Sequence record: NC_023688.1
DNA length: 64,000 nucleotides
Reading direction: 5' to 3' (one strand)
Part shown: piece by piece, positions 51,489 through 62,358 of the stretch
Position numbering within the stretch: position 1 is the first letter of the stretch
Layout of the letters: every line of letters begins with the position of its first letter
The notes under the pieces: model-generated
What the model saw: only the letters and a program-made list of their open reading frames with translations
The model's database searches: none
Told to the model about the DNA's origin: nothing
Translations under genes and position numbers: made by a program

Positions 51489-52040
51489 ATGGCTACAATA
51501 ACACCGCCGGTTGGTGGTTGGGATCAATATGCCAACATCTATGAGTTCTATGAAGGAGCGGGCGCTTTGCCCGTTTCTCATGAATTTGAATTTGGAGTCA
51601 GTTTAGACCCCGGAGAATCAATAGCGTCTAAATCTGTTCAAATATCAATCCCAATCGAAACATATGGAGGCTCTCGCCTCGGAACGAAAGTGGTATCTAA
51701 GTTTGTTGATTATTTCGAAAGAAATGGTGCTGTTATGACACTTAAATATCGAGACAGAAAAACCTTAGAAATAAAGACTGTCAACGGTTTCAATAATCTT
51801 CCGGCTGATGCGTCGTCGTGTGACGTTATTGAGTTCAACCCACCGGGAGAATTGACTGCTCAAATTGTATACACACCAACAGCAACAATAAGAAAGATTG
51901 ATTTACTGAATCCCGCATTACCTCCAACCGTGTATATCGTAACTGCGAAATACACTCAAACGCTCCATGGAACATATCAGGGGTGGGCCAATAAACTCGT
52001 TGATTACATAAATAAGAGTGGACCATTTCCGAGGATTTAA
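51489..52040 (+). CDS. Hypothetical baseplate-region protein (gp5.1-like position)
   Basis: ORF with Shine-Dalgarno site between 5 and 5.4. Confidence 0.6.
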   Translation: MATITPPVGGWDQYANIYEFYEGAGALPVSHEFEFGVSLDPGESIASKSVQISIPIETYGGSRLGTKVVSKFVDYFERNGAVMTLKYRDRKTLEIKTVNGFNNLPADASSCDVIEFNPPGELTAQIVYTPTATIRKIDLLNPALPPTVYIVTAKYTQTLHGTYQGWANKLVDYINKSGPFPRI

Positions 52041-52042
52041 AT

Positions 52043-52336
52043 ATGGCAGGCATAGTATTAAACATGGCCCCTACAATTGGACCGGGGCCATGGAAACCAT
52101 CTAAAGTTGTTGGCACAAGCTCTACGGTATTCGCAGAGGGTCAACAAATCGTAGTCAAACAAGACGATCAAGTAATAAAACACGAAAGACCAGACGGACC
52201 TGATTGGAAACAAGGCAAAGTTATTGCGAGAACTTCCAAAGTTTTTATTGAGGGAAAACCAATAGCACAAATTGGAGACATATGTACCGATGGTGAAATA
52301 TTGGTAAAGTCTGCCAATAGCGTATTTGCATCATAA
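52043..52336 (+). CDS. 5.4: PAAR-like spike tip gp5.4
   Basis: S.TVFAEG...H...SKVFIEGKPIAQIGD.C...S..VFA motif. Confidence 0.85.
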   Translation: MAGIVLNMAPTIGPGPWKPSKVVGTSSTVFAEGQQIVVKQDDQVIKHERPDGPDWKQGKVIARTSKVFIEGKPIAQIGDICTDGEILVKSANSVFAS

Positions 52337-52346
52337 GGAGGAAATC

Positions 52347-52769
52347 ATGAGTGCATTTGGAAATAGACTGCGAATGTTGGCAGTCGAATCGAAACAATAT
52401 TATTCTGATATCGACGCTATGATGGGTCGAGATTTTCGAGACAACGATATCGTTAATATTACAAACGTCTCTGCTGTTCAGCAATCAATGGCAGGGATTA
52501 TTGGAACAAGACGAGGTGAACGTCCATTTGATCCAAACTTTGGATGTGATATTCATAACTCTCTGTTCGAGAACATGAACGAAGCGGCAGCAACCGCGAT
52601 TGAGCGTTCAATCTATGATGCTATTGGCAACTATGAGCCGAGAGTTAGAATGAAAAACGTATCGGTTGTTCCAATTTATGATCGTAACGAATATGTCGTT
52701 ACTCTTTATTACCGGTTGATCACCGACTTAAACTATTTGTATGAATTAAAAATGGGAGTTACCGGCTGA
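52347..52769 (+). CDS. 25: Baseplate wedge gp25
   Basis: YSDID...GERPFDPNFGC...NYEPRV motif. Confidence 0.93.
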   Translation: MSAFGNRLRMLAVESKQYYSDIDAMMGRDFRDNDIVNITNVSAVQQSMAGIIGTRRGERPFDPNFGCDIHNSLFENMNEAAATAIERSIYDAIGNYEPRVRMKNVSVVPIYDRNEYVVTLYYRLITDLNYLYELKMGVTG

Positions 52770-54724
52770 TGGCTAATAGAATTAATGCGGTAGATTTACC
52801 GAAGGATTTTACTGGCGCCTCGTTTGAGCAAATTAAATCAAAGCTTATTAAGTGGCTACAGAATCAAGACGAATTTAAAGATTATAACTTTGCTGGTAGT
52901 AGAATGTCTGTATTGACAGATCTGTTGACTTATGCGACTCTGTATATTCAACAATTCGGCAATGCTGCTGTTTTTGAAAGTTTCTTGCGACTTGCTCAAT
53001 TGCGCTCGTCTGTTGTTCAACACGTTCAAGATCAAGGCTATTTGCCATCAACTGCCAGTGCAAGCGGAACGACTGTTCGATTTACTGGTTATCACAGCCC
53101 GATGAAGAGTAGTCCTATTTCAATCACGATTCCACGTGGGACTAAATTTACTGGGTCCATCGAGAACGTAGATTTCTATGATTACGTTACTTGGGACGAT
53201 GTTCAAGTTATTCGCGGAATCAATAACAGATACATTACCGATTTAGCTCTGAAACAAGGTCGAATCATTCGTCAAGAAATGATTTATCAGAAAGATAGCA
53301 TCATTGAGATTAACGATAAGAGCATTGATCGAAACTATGTTCGTGTTTATATCGACGGCGCTCTTTGGACTGACTGGACAACCAAGCCTCTTGTTAATAC
53401 TGGCGGCACAAGCACTGTATTTTATCAACGCGAGACAATCGACGGATACACAGAGATTTTCTTCGGGGAAGGCGAAAAGACAGTTAAAGCAAATGGACAA
53501 CTGGCGTCTAGTTTCGTTGGCGGGCTGAAACCATCTGTTGGTTCCACAATCGTTCTTGAGTATTTGAGCACAGACGGCAAATCCGCTAACGGTTGTCGTA
53601 ATTTTGCATACGTTGATACCATCGAGAATATCGTTGTTGAGCGTATCGAAGAAAACCCAACTTCTACTCTCGGAAAAGACGACCCAAATTATACTGGTGC
53701 TGCCGGCGGTGGTGAAGAAGAAGACATCGAACGTCTTCGCGAACTGGGTCCAATTATGCGTGAAACTCAGCGTCGTGCTGTTACTCGTTCTGACTATGAA
53801 GCATTCGTGAACTATCGTTTTGGTAATATCGTGCAAGCTGTTCAATGCTATACAGACTCAGAAAAGCCAGGGTATGCATTCATTGCGATTAAGCCAAGAG
53901 ACGGATTATATCTGACGACCGTTCAGAAAGAAGATATTCAAAACTTCTTGCGCGAATACAACGTCGCTACTATTACTCCGGTTGTTCATAGTCCGAATTA
54001 TCTGTATGTCAAGTCAAACGTCAAAGTAACTTACGCGATGAATAACTTGAGTCAGACAGAAGAATGGTTACAGGGTAAAGTGTTGGACGCTATTGATCGT
54101 TATTACATCGAAGAAGTTGAAATTTTCAACAATGGTTTCTATACATCCAAATTGAATGGTCGTATTGATGATTCTGATATTTCTATTTTGGGTACAACTA
54201 CTAATGTTGGACTTGTTCGTGAGATTGAGAACTTCTATTCCGCCCCGATGATTGGTATTAAATACTTGAATAAGATCAACGAAGGTTCTGTATACGGCTC
54301 GGATATTAAATACACACCAAGAGTTGGAACAAGCTATTCTATTCATTACGTCGGCACAAAGAAGAACAAGGTCGCGTTTAATGGAAAAGTAAATGAGAAT
54401 GCCGGTTTGATGTTGATTGGTCCTTTTGCTGCTGGCGATGTGACTGGATTAACAGCGTATGCCGGGACCGACTTTGACAAAAAGATTATTGACGGTAGAA
54501 ATCTTTATTACGTGGTTGGAGAAGTTGACTATGTAGCAGATGAAATCAGTTTTAACTTGAGCGTTCTTAATCAGAACATCGACAAGTTTAGCGCGGCTTA
54601 CATCGAATTACACGCAACACCAACCGAGGATAATATCTATACGTCCGACGGTACAATGATTGTGTTTGAGAATAACCTCAGACCACAATATACAAACATC
54701 CAGATGGAGGCGGTAGTTCGCTAA
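52769..54724 (+). CDS. 6: Baseplate wedge gp6
   Basis: F.DYNFAGS...DLL.Y...F.GEG...QRRAVT..DY motifs. Confidence 0.95.
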   Translation: MANRINAVDLPKDFTGASFEQIKSKLIKWLQNQDEFKDYNFAGSRMSVLTDLLTYATLYIQQFGNAAVFESFLRLAQLRSSVVQHVQDQGYLPSTASASGTTVRFTGYHSPMKSSPISITIPRGTKFTGSIENVDFYDYVTWDDVQVIRGINNRYITDLALKQGRIIRQEMIYQKDSIIEINDKSIDRNYVRVYIDGALWTDWTTKPLVNTGGTSTVFYQRETIDGYTEIFFGEGEKTVKANGQLASSFVGGLKPSVGSTIVLEYLSTDGKSANGCRNFAYVDTIENIVVERIEENPTSTLGKDDPNYTGAAGGGEEEDIERLRELGPIMRETQRRAVTRSDYEAFVNYRFGNIVQAVQCYTDSEKPGYAFIAIKPRDGLYLTTVQKEDIQNFLREYNVATITPVVHSPNYLYVKSNVKVTYAMNNLSQTEEWLQGKVLDAIDRYYIEEVEIFNNGFYTSKLNGRIDDSDISILGTTTNVGLVREIENFYSAPMIGIKYLNKINEGSVYGSDIKYTPRVGTSYSIHYVGTKKNKVAFNGKVNENAGLMLIGPFAAGDVTGLTAYAGTDFDKKIIDGRNLYYVVGEVDYVADEISFNLSVLNQNIDKFSAAYIELHATPTEDNIYTSDGTMIVFENNLRPQYTNIQMEAVVR

Positions 54725-57700
54725 TGATTAAAGCACCCACTATTACCAGCTTGAGAGTGTTCAAGCTTGGTGCAAACTTCTTGCACTTAAAATGGGATGA
54801 TGTGGGTTCTAACTTCTTTTATATCGTGGAATACGCTATCGACAATAACGATGGTGTATATTCATGGACTCAGCGAGGGGTCACACCAGACCCCGAGTGG
54901 TTTGAAGATAGAATCCTTGCCCCGAATACAAAATACATTTTCAGAATCTCGACTACATTTAAAGGATTCGATCCATCAGATTGGGTTTATTCTGAATCTC
55001 TTGAGACATTCGACACAAACGCTTATTCTATCAGCACAATGTCACAGCTTATTCCGAATAACGTTTTCGTTAAAAACAAACTGACTGATAATAAATCTTA
55101 TGTGAATTTCAACAAGGACCCGATTTATGCAACTCTGATGAATGAGAACTTTGTTTATGACCCGGGTATTGCAAACATCACAAACATTGAAAACTATGTC
55201 GCCGCTGATGAAGAATCGCATCTTGTTCAGGACACAGTTGAGAAAGTTTGTGTTAGCGTTGATCGCACTTACTTGGGATATAAGGATGATGTTCTTTATA
55301 CATTCGAGCGTTATCAGAATATGGCCAAAGTATCAAATGATGGTGGTCAAAACTGGTGGTATTATCAAGCTCTGACTGGTCGCATCGGCTATCCTATTGC
55401 AAGAACAATCATGTATCAGAACTCGAATAGTAGTTTCTTGTTGGGATATGATGATGTCTTTTATGGTCGTCAATCAGATGAAATTCGCTTTAGTAGCAAC
55501 ACACATTATTGGTCTGACGATCAAATCACGTTTGTGCGTATGGACGTGGATGCCAGTATCCCCTTTAAGACTTTGGTGTTCGGTCGATACACCTCATACC
55601 CAGACATCATCCGACGCAAGGTAGAGGCTCAGGCAGCGTCTAATCAATGGATATATGCAGTTGCAGAAGATAATTTCAAACGCATTCTGGTTAAAAACGC
55701 ACCGATCGGAACTGACGGGGCTGGTAACACCGTAAGAATGTGGGACACAACTGATTATCATATCACTGGCAATCCTCTTTGTGTAACGAAAAAGCTTGAC
55801 GTATTCAAAGACAAATGCTATGCGCTTGTGACTGGTAAAGTTGCGACAATGGAAACGGATCGTCGTAATCCCAATAATGTTCTACCCGCTACAGAGGCTG
55901 GTATTTATCGCTTTGATGAAGTTTATATTCCGGAGGTTTTCAAACTCGGAAATATTAACACCGGTGGTTATACTGCTGGAATCGACTTTGATAAAATGAT
56001 CGTTACTTTTGCTGGCGGTTCACATGCTGGTAAAGTCAACACATCTTGGGAAAATAGAGTGTTTCGTGGTAAGAACGGTGTTCAAATGACTGTAGTACGT
56101 ACTATTAGCAGCAAGAACAAAGACGCCTTTATTTTTGATGCGGATTTGAAAGATGCTGATGGTAACTTAGTTCAATCCAAAGTGAATGCATTTAAAGCTG
56201 CATTTGCTAACCCCAACGAGTTTAGTCTTATTATGGAAAACGGAGCCATTGTTGCGCCGGGTATCCCAAATGGCGGTTCTTGGGTTAAAGTATTTGGAAA
56301 AACAGAAAAAGAACGTCAAAGTATCGAACACAAATTCAGTAACATGAGCACAGACGGAGAAAGAGTGTTTGTTAGCTCTGCTGCATACGAGTTTGATGAA
56401 ACTGTTATTGATGAAGATCTCCCACAGAAATATCCAGATGACGTCAGTTCTGCCGTGAAATATAGTTCCGAATATCCTTATCTGTCATATAAGAGACATC
56501 ACTTTTATGTGTGGAAATCAGAAGATGGAGAGACATACGAACGTAGACCACAGACTTATTACAACGAAGCGAACTTTAGCTGGATGGCTACACATGGTCA
56601 ACGCTGCTGGATCTCACATGATAATAAAGCTGTTGTTATTAACCCGAGAAAGTCGCACACATATAGACTTGATCCAGAATTCAAGATAAACAAAGAAGTC
56701 TGGGATAAAGGGAATGTTAAGTTCTATCTTGAGAACGTGAAATTTGCTGGGTTCACGCAATACTGTAACGGTATCATGATTCACAAGGGATTTGATCGCG
56801 AACGTAATGCCGGAGGCGAAATCGTAGCTTATTACGAGTATCCATATCGTGTTCGAGATAATGCTGCCATTGTCTGGCGTCCAGAGTTGGTTATGATGGA
56901 AGCAAGTCTTCAAGATCAAATTAGAGAGTTGCCACCCGTCGTTGAAGACGACACTGGTTTAGTTGACCCCGATCTGAGTCACTTTATTCGCATCATGGGT
57001 CCAGAGGCGTATTTTGATGATGAATCAAACTTCACTAAGTTTGGCGAATATTATTTGAAATATATCTCAGAAGGTACTGATACTTATTACAATAGATTGC
57101 TCAATCTGATCAAGAACAAGTATCCAAGAGAAAGCGATAACTTTGAATATTTGTGGTCGGAAATCAGACGTAGAAACATCTATCTGGATCAAGAGAAACG
57201 CGACGCTGTTATTAGATTCTTTGAGTCTAAAGCCGCAAACTTCTATAGCTCAAAGGGTACAGAAGCGAGTTATAAATTCTTGTTTAAGTTGCTGTATGAT
57301 GCTGATGTTGAAATTGAGGTTGAAAGCTCGGTAGGCATCGATTATGACATCGTGGTTAAGTCTGCTAACGTCGATCAAGATCTCGTCGGTAGAACCATTT
57401 ATACAAAGACTGGTCGCGCTAACGTGACTTATATCGAGCGTATCTATGACAACGGATTGCTTCGCTGGAAAATCACATTGCATAACTTGATTGGTAAGTA
57501 TGTTGAAGGTCAGATTATTAAGTCCGAATCAACTGCATTTGAGGGTGAAATTGTTCGTGGCGTTAAAGGCAAAGAACTTGCTTATTCTGACATCGACTAT
57601 ATCAACCGCAATCGCTCATACTATGTAATGAAAATTCGTTCCGAGTTGAACACCGCCAGATATCGCGATGATATTCTTCGTTTTGTTCACCCAGTCGGTT

Positions 57701-58215
57701 TTGGATTTATCGGAATTGCGATGCTAACTGTTTTCATTAACGGCGGTATTAGTATGGTTCCACAGCAAACAATGATCGAGATAAATAAAACATACAGATG
57801 GGATTCCGGTCTTCCAAGTGTTACTCCGAAACTGAAAACGAGTGTTAACCCAGATTCTCCATTAACCGATCCAGATCCTTTGTTTGACGCAAAGACTGGC
57901 GAATTAATTGAAGTCTCTGTTCCACAAACAGCATTCAACATCACAACTTGGCAAAACGCCAAAGGTGAAAATGGCGTTGCTTATGGCGGACGCAATTATG
58001 ATGCAAACGAAACTAACGTGACTTGGAACAACAAAGTTTATAAGCCATCAGAACGTCGTTTAGAATGGAGCCCGTTATTCAGCGACTTTAGCACACGTTT
58101 TAGTGATTATCGTAGATTAGTCGAACAACGACTTAAAGATGATATGAAAGATCCGCGTGATGTTAGTCATTTGGTAACACTGAAAGAACCGTCACAAACA
58201 AGAATTGGAGAATAA
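54724..58215 (+). CDS. 7: Baseplate wedge gp7
   Basis: L.WDDVG.NFFY..E, FY..KGT..SY.FLFKLLY and VHPVGFGF motifs. Confidence 0.92.
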   Translation: MIKAPTITSLRVFKLGANFLHLKWDDVGSNFFYIVEYAIDNNDGVYSWTQRGVTPDPEWFEDRILAPNTKYIFRISTTFKGFDPSDWVYSESLETFDTNAYSISTMSQLIPNNVFVKNKLTDNKSYVNFNKDPIYATLMNENFVYDPGIANITNIENYVAADEESHLVQDTVEKVCVSVDRTYLGYKDDVLYTFERYQNMAKVSNDGGQNWWYYQALTGRIGYPIARTIMYQNSNSSFLLGYDDVFYGRQSDEIRFSSNTHYWSDDQITFVRMDVDASIPFKTLVFGRYTSYPDIIRRKVEAQAASNQWIYAVAEDNFKRILVKNAPIGTDGAGNTVRMWDTTDYHITGNPLCVTKKLDVFKDKCYALVTGKVATMETDRRNPNNVLPATEAGIYRFDEVYIPEVFKLGNINTGGYTAGIDFDKMIVTFAGGSHAGKVNTSWENRVFRGKNGVQMTVVRTISSKNKDAFIFDADLKDADGNLVQSKVNAFKAAFANPNEFSLIMENGAIVAPGIPNGGSWVKVFGKTEKERQSIEHKFSNMSTDGERVFVSSAAYEFDETVIDEDLPQKYPDDVSSAVKYSSEYPYLSYKRHHFYVWKSEDGETYERRPQTYYNEANFSWMATHGQRCWISHDNKAVVINPRKSHTYRLDPEFKINKEVWDKGNVKFYLENVKFAGFTQYCNGIMIHKGFDRERNAGGEIVAYYEYPYRVRDNAAIVWRPELVMMEASLQDQIRELPPVVEDDTGLVDPDLSHFIRIMGPEAYFDDESNFTKFGEYYLKYISEGTDTYYNRLLNLIKNKYPRESDNFEYLWSEIRRRNIYLDQEKRDAVIRFFESKAANFYSSKGTEASYKFLFKLLYDADVEIEVESSVGIDYDIVVKSANVDQDLVGRTIYTKTGRANVTYIERIYDNGLLRWKITLHNLIGKYVEGQIIKSESTAFEGEIVRGVKGKELAYSDIDYINRNRSYYVMKIRSELNTARYRDDILRFVHPVGFGFIGIAMLTVFINGGISMVPQQTMIEINKTYRWDSGLPSVTPKLKTSVNPDSPLTDPDPLFDAKTGELIEVSVPQTAFNITTWQNAKGENGVAYGGRNYDANETNVTWNNKVYKPSERRLEWSPLFSDFSTRFSDYRRLVEQRLKDDMKDPRDVSHLVTLKEPSQTRIGE

Positions 58216-58217
58216 AA

Positions 58218-59204
58218 GTGTCCTCTATTATCTATCGCTCGATAGTAACAAATAAGTTCAGAACCGAAAACCTTCTGAACTTTTACAACTCGATTGGTGA
58301 TGGTGCAGACGAACATACGATTTACGCAACATTTGGCCGCCCAGATAAATGGGCGGACAATGAAACGGATTCTAAGTTTGCTCCGCCATATCCAGATGAT
58401 TCAATCGAAGGTATTGCCGACGTTTGGTCAAGAATGCTTGGTGCTGTTAAAATTCAACAAGAGCTATTACGACCTGTCGTTCCTCGCGACGATTGGGGTG
58501 ATCAGCGTTTCGCAGACCCGTTTATTCATCACATCGGTGATATTGTAGTAACCAATAGTGCCCCTTATAACAGAACTGAGATTGGTTCTGGTTGGATGGT
58601 ATATCGTTGCGTTGACGTCCCCAACGTCGGACAATGTAGTATCAAAACAATTGTTGAGAAGGGAGAATGTATGAAAATCGGTGGTATTTGGACACCGAGT
58701 CGCGAATCTCTTTTGCCAGTCGGTAAGAGTGATGGCGTTGATATGAAAGATGGCTACATTTGGGAATATCTTTATATGATCCCGTCGGATGTTGCAATTA
58801 ACGAATGTACGAATGAGCACATCGTTGTTCCAACTCCACAAGAACTCGTAACTAATCCAACTCGCTGGGGATATCAGCACGTATTGAAATGGTACCCTGC
58901 CAAATACGATGTTATTTTTAGAATGAAATGTCATACTTTGCGATTTAGAGCATACATTGACAGTATCTATTTTAAAGAAGCGTCTATGGTTGGTAACAAG
59001 GGGTTCAGACAATTGAGTGTTATTTTGGACCCAGTTTTGTTGAAAGATAATCCAGCGACCGCTGATGTTAAAGCAAAGGCAGCTAATTATCTACCTACTC
59101 AACTTGAGAGACATTCGGGAGAAATGATTTACATGGAAAATAGACAGCCTATTATTCGTTCGAGAGATCAAACCGAAGAATTTAACTTAGTGTTTGAGTT
59201 TTAA
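58218..59204 (+). CDS. 8: Baseplate wedge gp8
   Basis: KFRTENLLNFY...MDGYIWEYLY.IP...SGEMIYMENR.PI.RS.DQTE motifs. Confidence 0.93.
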   Translation: MSSIIYRSIVTNKFRTENLLNFYNSIGDGADEHTIYATFGRPDKWADNETDSKFAPPYPDDSIEGIADVWSRMLGAVKIQQELLRPVVPRDDWGDQRFADPFIHHIGDIVVTNSAPYNRTEIGSGWMVYRCVDVPNVGQCSIKTIVEKGECMKIGGIWTPSRESLLPVGKSDGVDMKDGYIWEYLYMIPSDVAINECTNEHIVVPTPQELVTNPTRWGYQHVLKWYPAKYDVIFRMKCHTLRFRAYIDSIYFKEASMVGNKGFRQLSVILDPVLLKDNPATADVKAKAANYLPTQLERHSGEMIYMENRQPIIRSRDQTEEFNLVFEF

Positions 59205-59276
59205 TCAAGCCACCTTCGGGTGGCTTTTTCGTAAGCAATCTACTAAATAAAGTATAGAAACACAGGAGAATATATA

Positions 59277-60203
59277 ATGCAACTTACAAAATTGTTGATC
59301 GATACCGGCGAAGAAGGTGTTGAAGGTACTGGCGACACTCTATATCAGGGTGGTACTTCGCTAAATCGAAACTTGAACAGTATGTATAACGTATTTGGCG
59401 ATTACAGACAATTCAAGTCTGATGCCGGACAAGGAAATCAGATAATGACGCTTCATGCCGGCGGATATTATCAAAAACACTCTCGCGCATATTATGCTGG
59501 AGCAGAACAGCCGAGTGGAAACCCAGTTGAATTTGGATCACTACACGATCTGTCTGTTATTCGTGATGGTGCTGGCGATCTAGTGGTAACTCTGCCAGCT
59601 GGTAATGCTCATGCTGGGGAATATGTTCACTTTATTAATACCGACGGTTCTGTTGGAGTTGGTACTGGTAAAGAAGTTATTATTCGTGTGAGTGGATCTG
59701 GTGACAGTATCGGGACTCTCGGAACACAGATGAAAATTCAGAAATCGTATTTCTCGATTCGATTCTGGGTTGATAAATCAAACCCAACCGGCTCGCACTG
59801 GAGCTATAAAGTTGAGAGTTTGTTTGGTGATGAGTCTGTGCCATATAACTCAACGATCCCGAATATCGGTACTGGTGTAACTAAAGACATCCCGTTATTC
59901 AACAAATTTCAATATAATGCAGTTAAGCACATGGTATTTGTTACCGAGCGTGGTACCAATATTCAACAAGAGGCAAGTGAAGTTCTTGTACTCGTAAATA
60001 ACAGCAACACAAACGACAATAACGTTTATATGACCGAATACGCAAGAATTAGAACAAAATCAACGGCTAACTCCAAAGATGATTTGCTATACGAGGCAGA
60101 TTACAAAATCGTTAGCGGCGTGGTTCGTATGTATGTTAAAAACATCGGTTCAACTGCGATTGACGTGACCGTCAAGGCGATTGAATCAATTGGAGGACAA
60201 TAA
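59277..60203 (+). CDS. 9: Baseplate wedge tail-fibre connector gp9
   Basis: IDTG..G..GTGDTLY.GG...N.N; HAGGYYQK motifs. Confidence 0.88.
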   Translation: MQLTKLLIDTGEEGVEGTGDTLYQGGTSLNRNLNSMYNVFGDYRQFKSDAGQGNQIMTLHAGGYYQKHSRAYYAGAEQPSGNPVEFGSLHDLSVIRDGAGDLVVTLPAGNAHAGEYVHFINTDGSVGVGTGKEVIIRVSGSGDSIGTLGTQMKIQKSYFSIRFWVDKSNPTGSHWSYKVESLFGDESVPYNSTIPNIGTGVTKDIPLFNKFQYNAVKHMVFVTERGTNIQQEASEVLVLVNNSNTNDNNVYMTEYARIRTKSTANSKDDLLYEADYKIVSGVVRMYVKNIGSTAIDVTVKAIESIGGQ

Positions 60204-62356
60204 TGAGTAAGCAGTTAATTATTCTTGGTAATGCTGTTGATGATGGTACCGGCGATTATATGCGTCGCGGTGGTCAAAAGATCAACGGAAACTTTACTGA
60301 GTTATACGACGAACTGGGCGACGGAACATCGCCTCATGCCGCTGGTGCATGGAAACGTTATTCCACAGTAGGAACACCACTCACAGTTGTATTTGGTAAA
60401 GCATACACAATCGATACAACTGGCGGTCAGATTACAGTAAATCTTCCAGCTGGTAAGCCATCTGATTACGGCAAAGTTATTCGTCTTCGCGATGTCAATG
60501 GTTCGTGGGCAACTAACCCAGTTAGTCTTGTTCCGGGTGGCACTGATACTGTAAAAGGTTCAACAAAGAAACATAAGCTTTGGAAAAACTATCTCGACGC
60601 CGAGCTGGTATATTGCAGTCCCGGTAAATGGGAATATGCTGATAATAAGCGTGTGAACGGAATTAGCACCGCTAACGGTGCTACCGTTTCTCGTAAAGAA
60701 ATTATCGCAACTGCTGGTCAAACTGACTTCGTGAACATTTTCGAAACCAGTTATAATCCAGGCGCTGTTGAAGTATATCGTCGCGGTAACTTGCTATATT
60801 ACGGGGATCGTATAAACGAAAACACCGACTATGGTTCAATGACAGCAAAAACACCAACTGTTAGTAACGTAATTATTACTGGTGGTGTTAAAGGAAATAT
60901 TGCTGGGTATTCAACTGGTGTTGTTGGTACTATTAACGCAACATCAAACAAAGTCGAAGGTCTTATTATCGTTGATTTCAAAGCTGAAATCGCAACTAAT
61001 ACCGTGCTGTTGCAATTCTCTGGTGGTGTTAAGCCTATGGATGCAAACGTGATTTACGTCGAAAATGGAACTGGGTCTTGGTTCTTGCAATATGATTCAA
61101 GTCGCACCGCTTATACCGTTGTTGCTGCCGATCTAACAACCAAGCTTAAAGGAACTGGTAGTCAAACTTATAAAGTCTCTGTCTACAAGCTTAATACACT
61201 CGATGGATATTCTATTCGTCTGAATGATCCTTGTGAAGCTGGAGACGTCGTTACTATCGTTACTTTCTTGGATGGTATTGCGTCATATCGTAGTTCTTAT
61301 CAACGTTATACTCTGAGAGTATATGACGAAAAGATGACTACCGAAGATATTACTACCGTTCCCGGTCAGCGTTGGGTTGGTGATTTGAGTAAGAAATCTC
61401 GTTTCAGTTTGAACGACTTTGATTTGCTTGAAAACGAAACTTATAATCCATTCAGCATGGAGATCATTTTGAATGGTCGTGCGCTAACCAGAGCTGGCGA
61501 GGGCGATTTGCCTGCTTTCGTGTGTGAAGGTGCGAGTGCTAACGATGAAACCTCTTGTATCGCTTTAGGTGGTGCTTGGGTGCCGTCTGGTGGTGACTTC
61601 TCTACTGTTACCGATCTGAATGATAGATATCGTGAATTTGTGATTAACCAAGATTTGAATCACAAAGACATTATTACCATTCGTTGGTACAATAACGACA
61701 TCGGGACAACTCTTGATTGGGATGGAGACGGCGGTATTCAAGAAAAATCAGATGCCAGATATCTTGTGTCAGAAAACAAGTTCAATCGCTCTAATAAAAT
61801 CATGTATACCGATGTAAATGATCCAAGTGCATCAACTGCTGTTCCAAATCCGGAATTAGAAGAATCAATTAGATTTACTAGCGTCGATAGTCTTCTGGAA
61901 TCTGTATACCCAGTAGGCTCAATTTACATCAATGCAAATAACCCAAATAACCCAAGAAGCTATATGGGATTTGGAGAATGGAGACGTTTTGGTCAGGGTA
62001 AAGTTCCAGTTTCTTGGAACGAAGATAATCCTAACGACCCCAACTTCGGTTTGAACGTAAACGATAAAGACGTAAATGGCAACCCAAGACATTCTGCCGG
62101 TAATACTGGTGGATCAACATCAAACACACTCGGTATCACTAATATTCCACCTATTAGCTCAAGCGAAAAGGCACTTATTGTTGATCCTGCTGGTGATGTT
62201 TTGGTTGGTGGATGTCAATTTGATCCAGACGACGAGGGTCCTGGATTTAAGCGTTACAGAGAAGATTTGGTTAAAGCGCGTCCGAGTGAGATCGCGTTGC
62301 CAGTTAATAACCTGCAACCGTTTATTACGGTTCATATGTGGATAAGGGTTCTATAA
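60203..62356 (+). CDS. 10: Baseplate wedge subunit and tail pin gp10
   Basis: KQ.I.LGNAVDDGTGDYMR.GG.KIN; YPVGSIY...NP...MGFG.W and C-terminal LQPFITVHMWIRV. Confidence 0.93.
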   Translation: MSKQLIILGNAVDDGTGDYMRRGGQKINGNFTELYDELGDGTSPHAAGAWKRYSTVGTPLTVVFGKAYTIDTTGGQITVNLPAGKPSDYGKVIRLRDVNGSWATNPVSLVPGGTDTVKGSTKKHKLWKNYLDAELVYCSPGKWEYADNKRVNGISTANGATVSRKEIIATAGQTDFVNIFETSYNPGAVEVYRRGNLLYYGDRINENTDYGSMTAKTPTVSNVIITGGVKGNIAGYSTGVVGTINATSNKVEGLIIVDFKAEIATNTVLLQFSGGVKPMDANVIYVENGTGSWFLQYDSSRTAYTVVAADLTTKLKGTGSQTYKVSVYKLNTLDGYSIRLNDPCEAGDVVTIVTFLDGIASYRSSYQRYTLRVYDEKMTTEDITTVPGQRWVGDLSKKSRFSLNDFDLLENETYNPFSMEIILNGRALTRAGEGDLPAFVCEGASANDETSCIALGGAWVPSGGDFSTVTDLNDRYREFVINQDLNHKDIITIRWYNNDIGTTLDWDGDGGIQEKSDARYLVSENKFNRSNKIMYTDVNDPSASTAVPNPELEESIRFTSVDSLLESVYPVGSIYINANNPNNPRSYMGFGEWRRFGQGKVPVSWNEDNPNDPNFGLNVNDKDVNGNPRHSAGNTGGSTSNTLGITNIPPISSSEKALIVDPAGDVLVGGCQFDPDDEGPGFKRYREDLVKARPSEIALPVNNLQPFITVHMWIRVL

Positions 62357-62358
62357 AA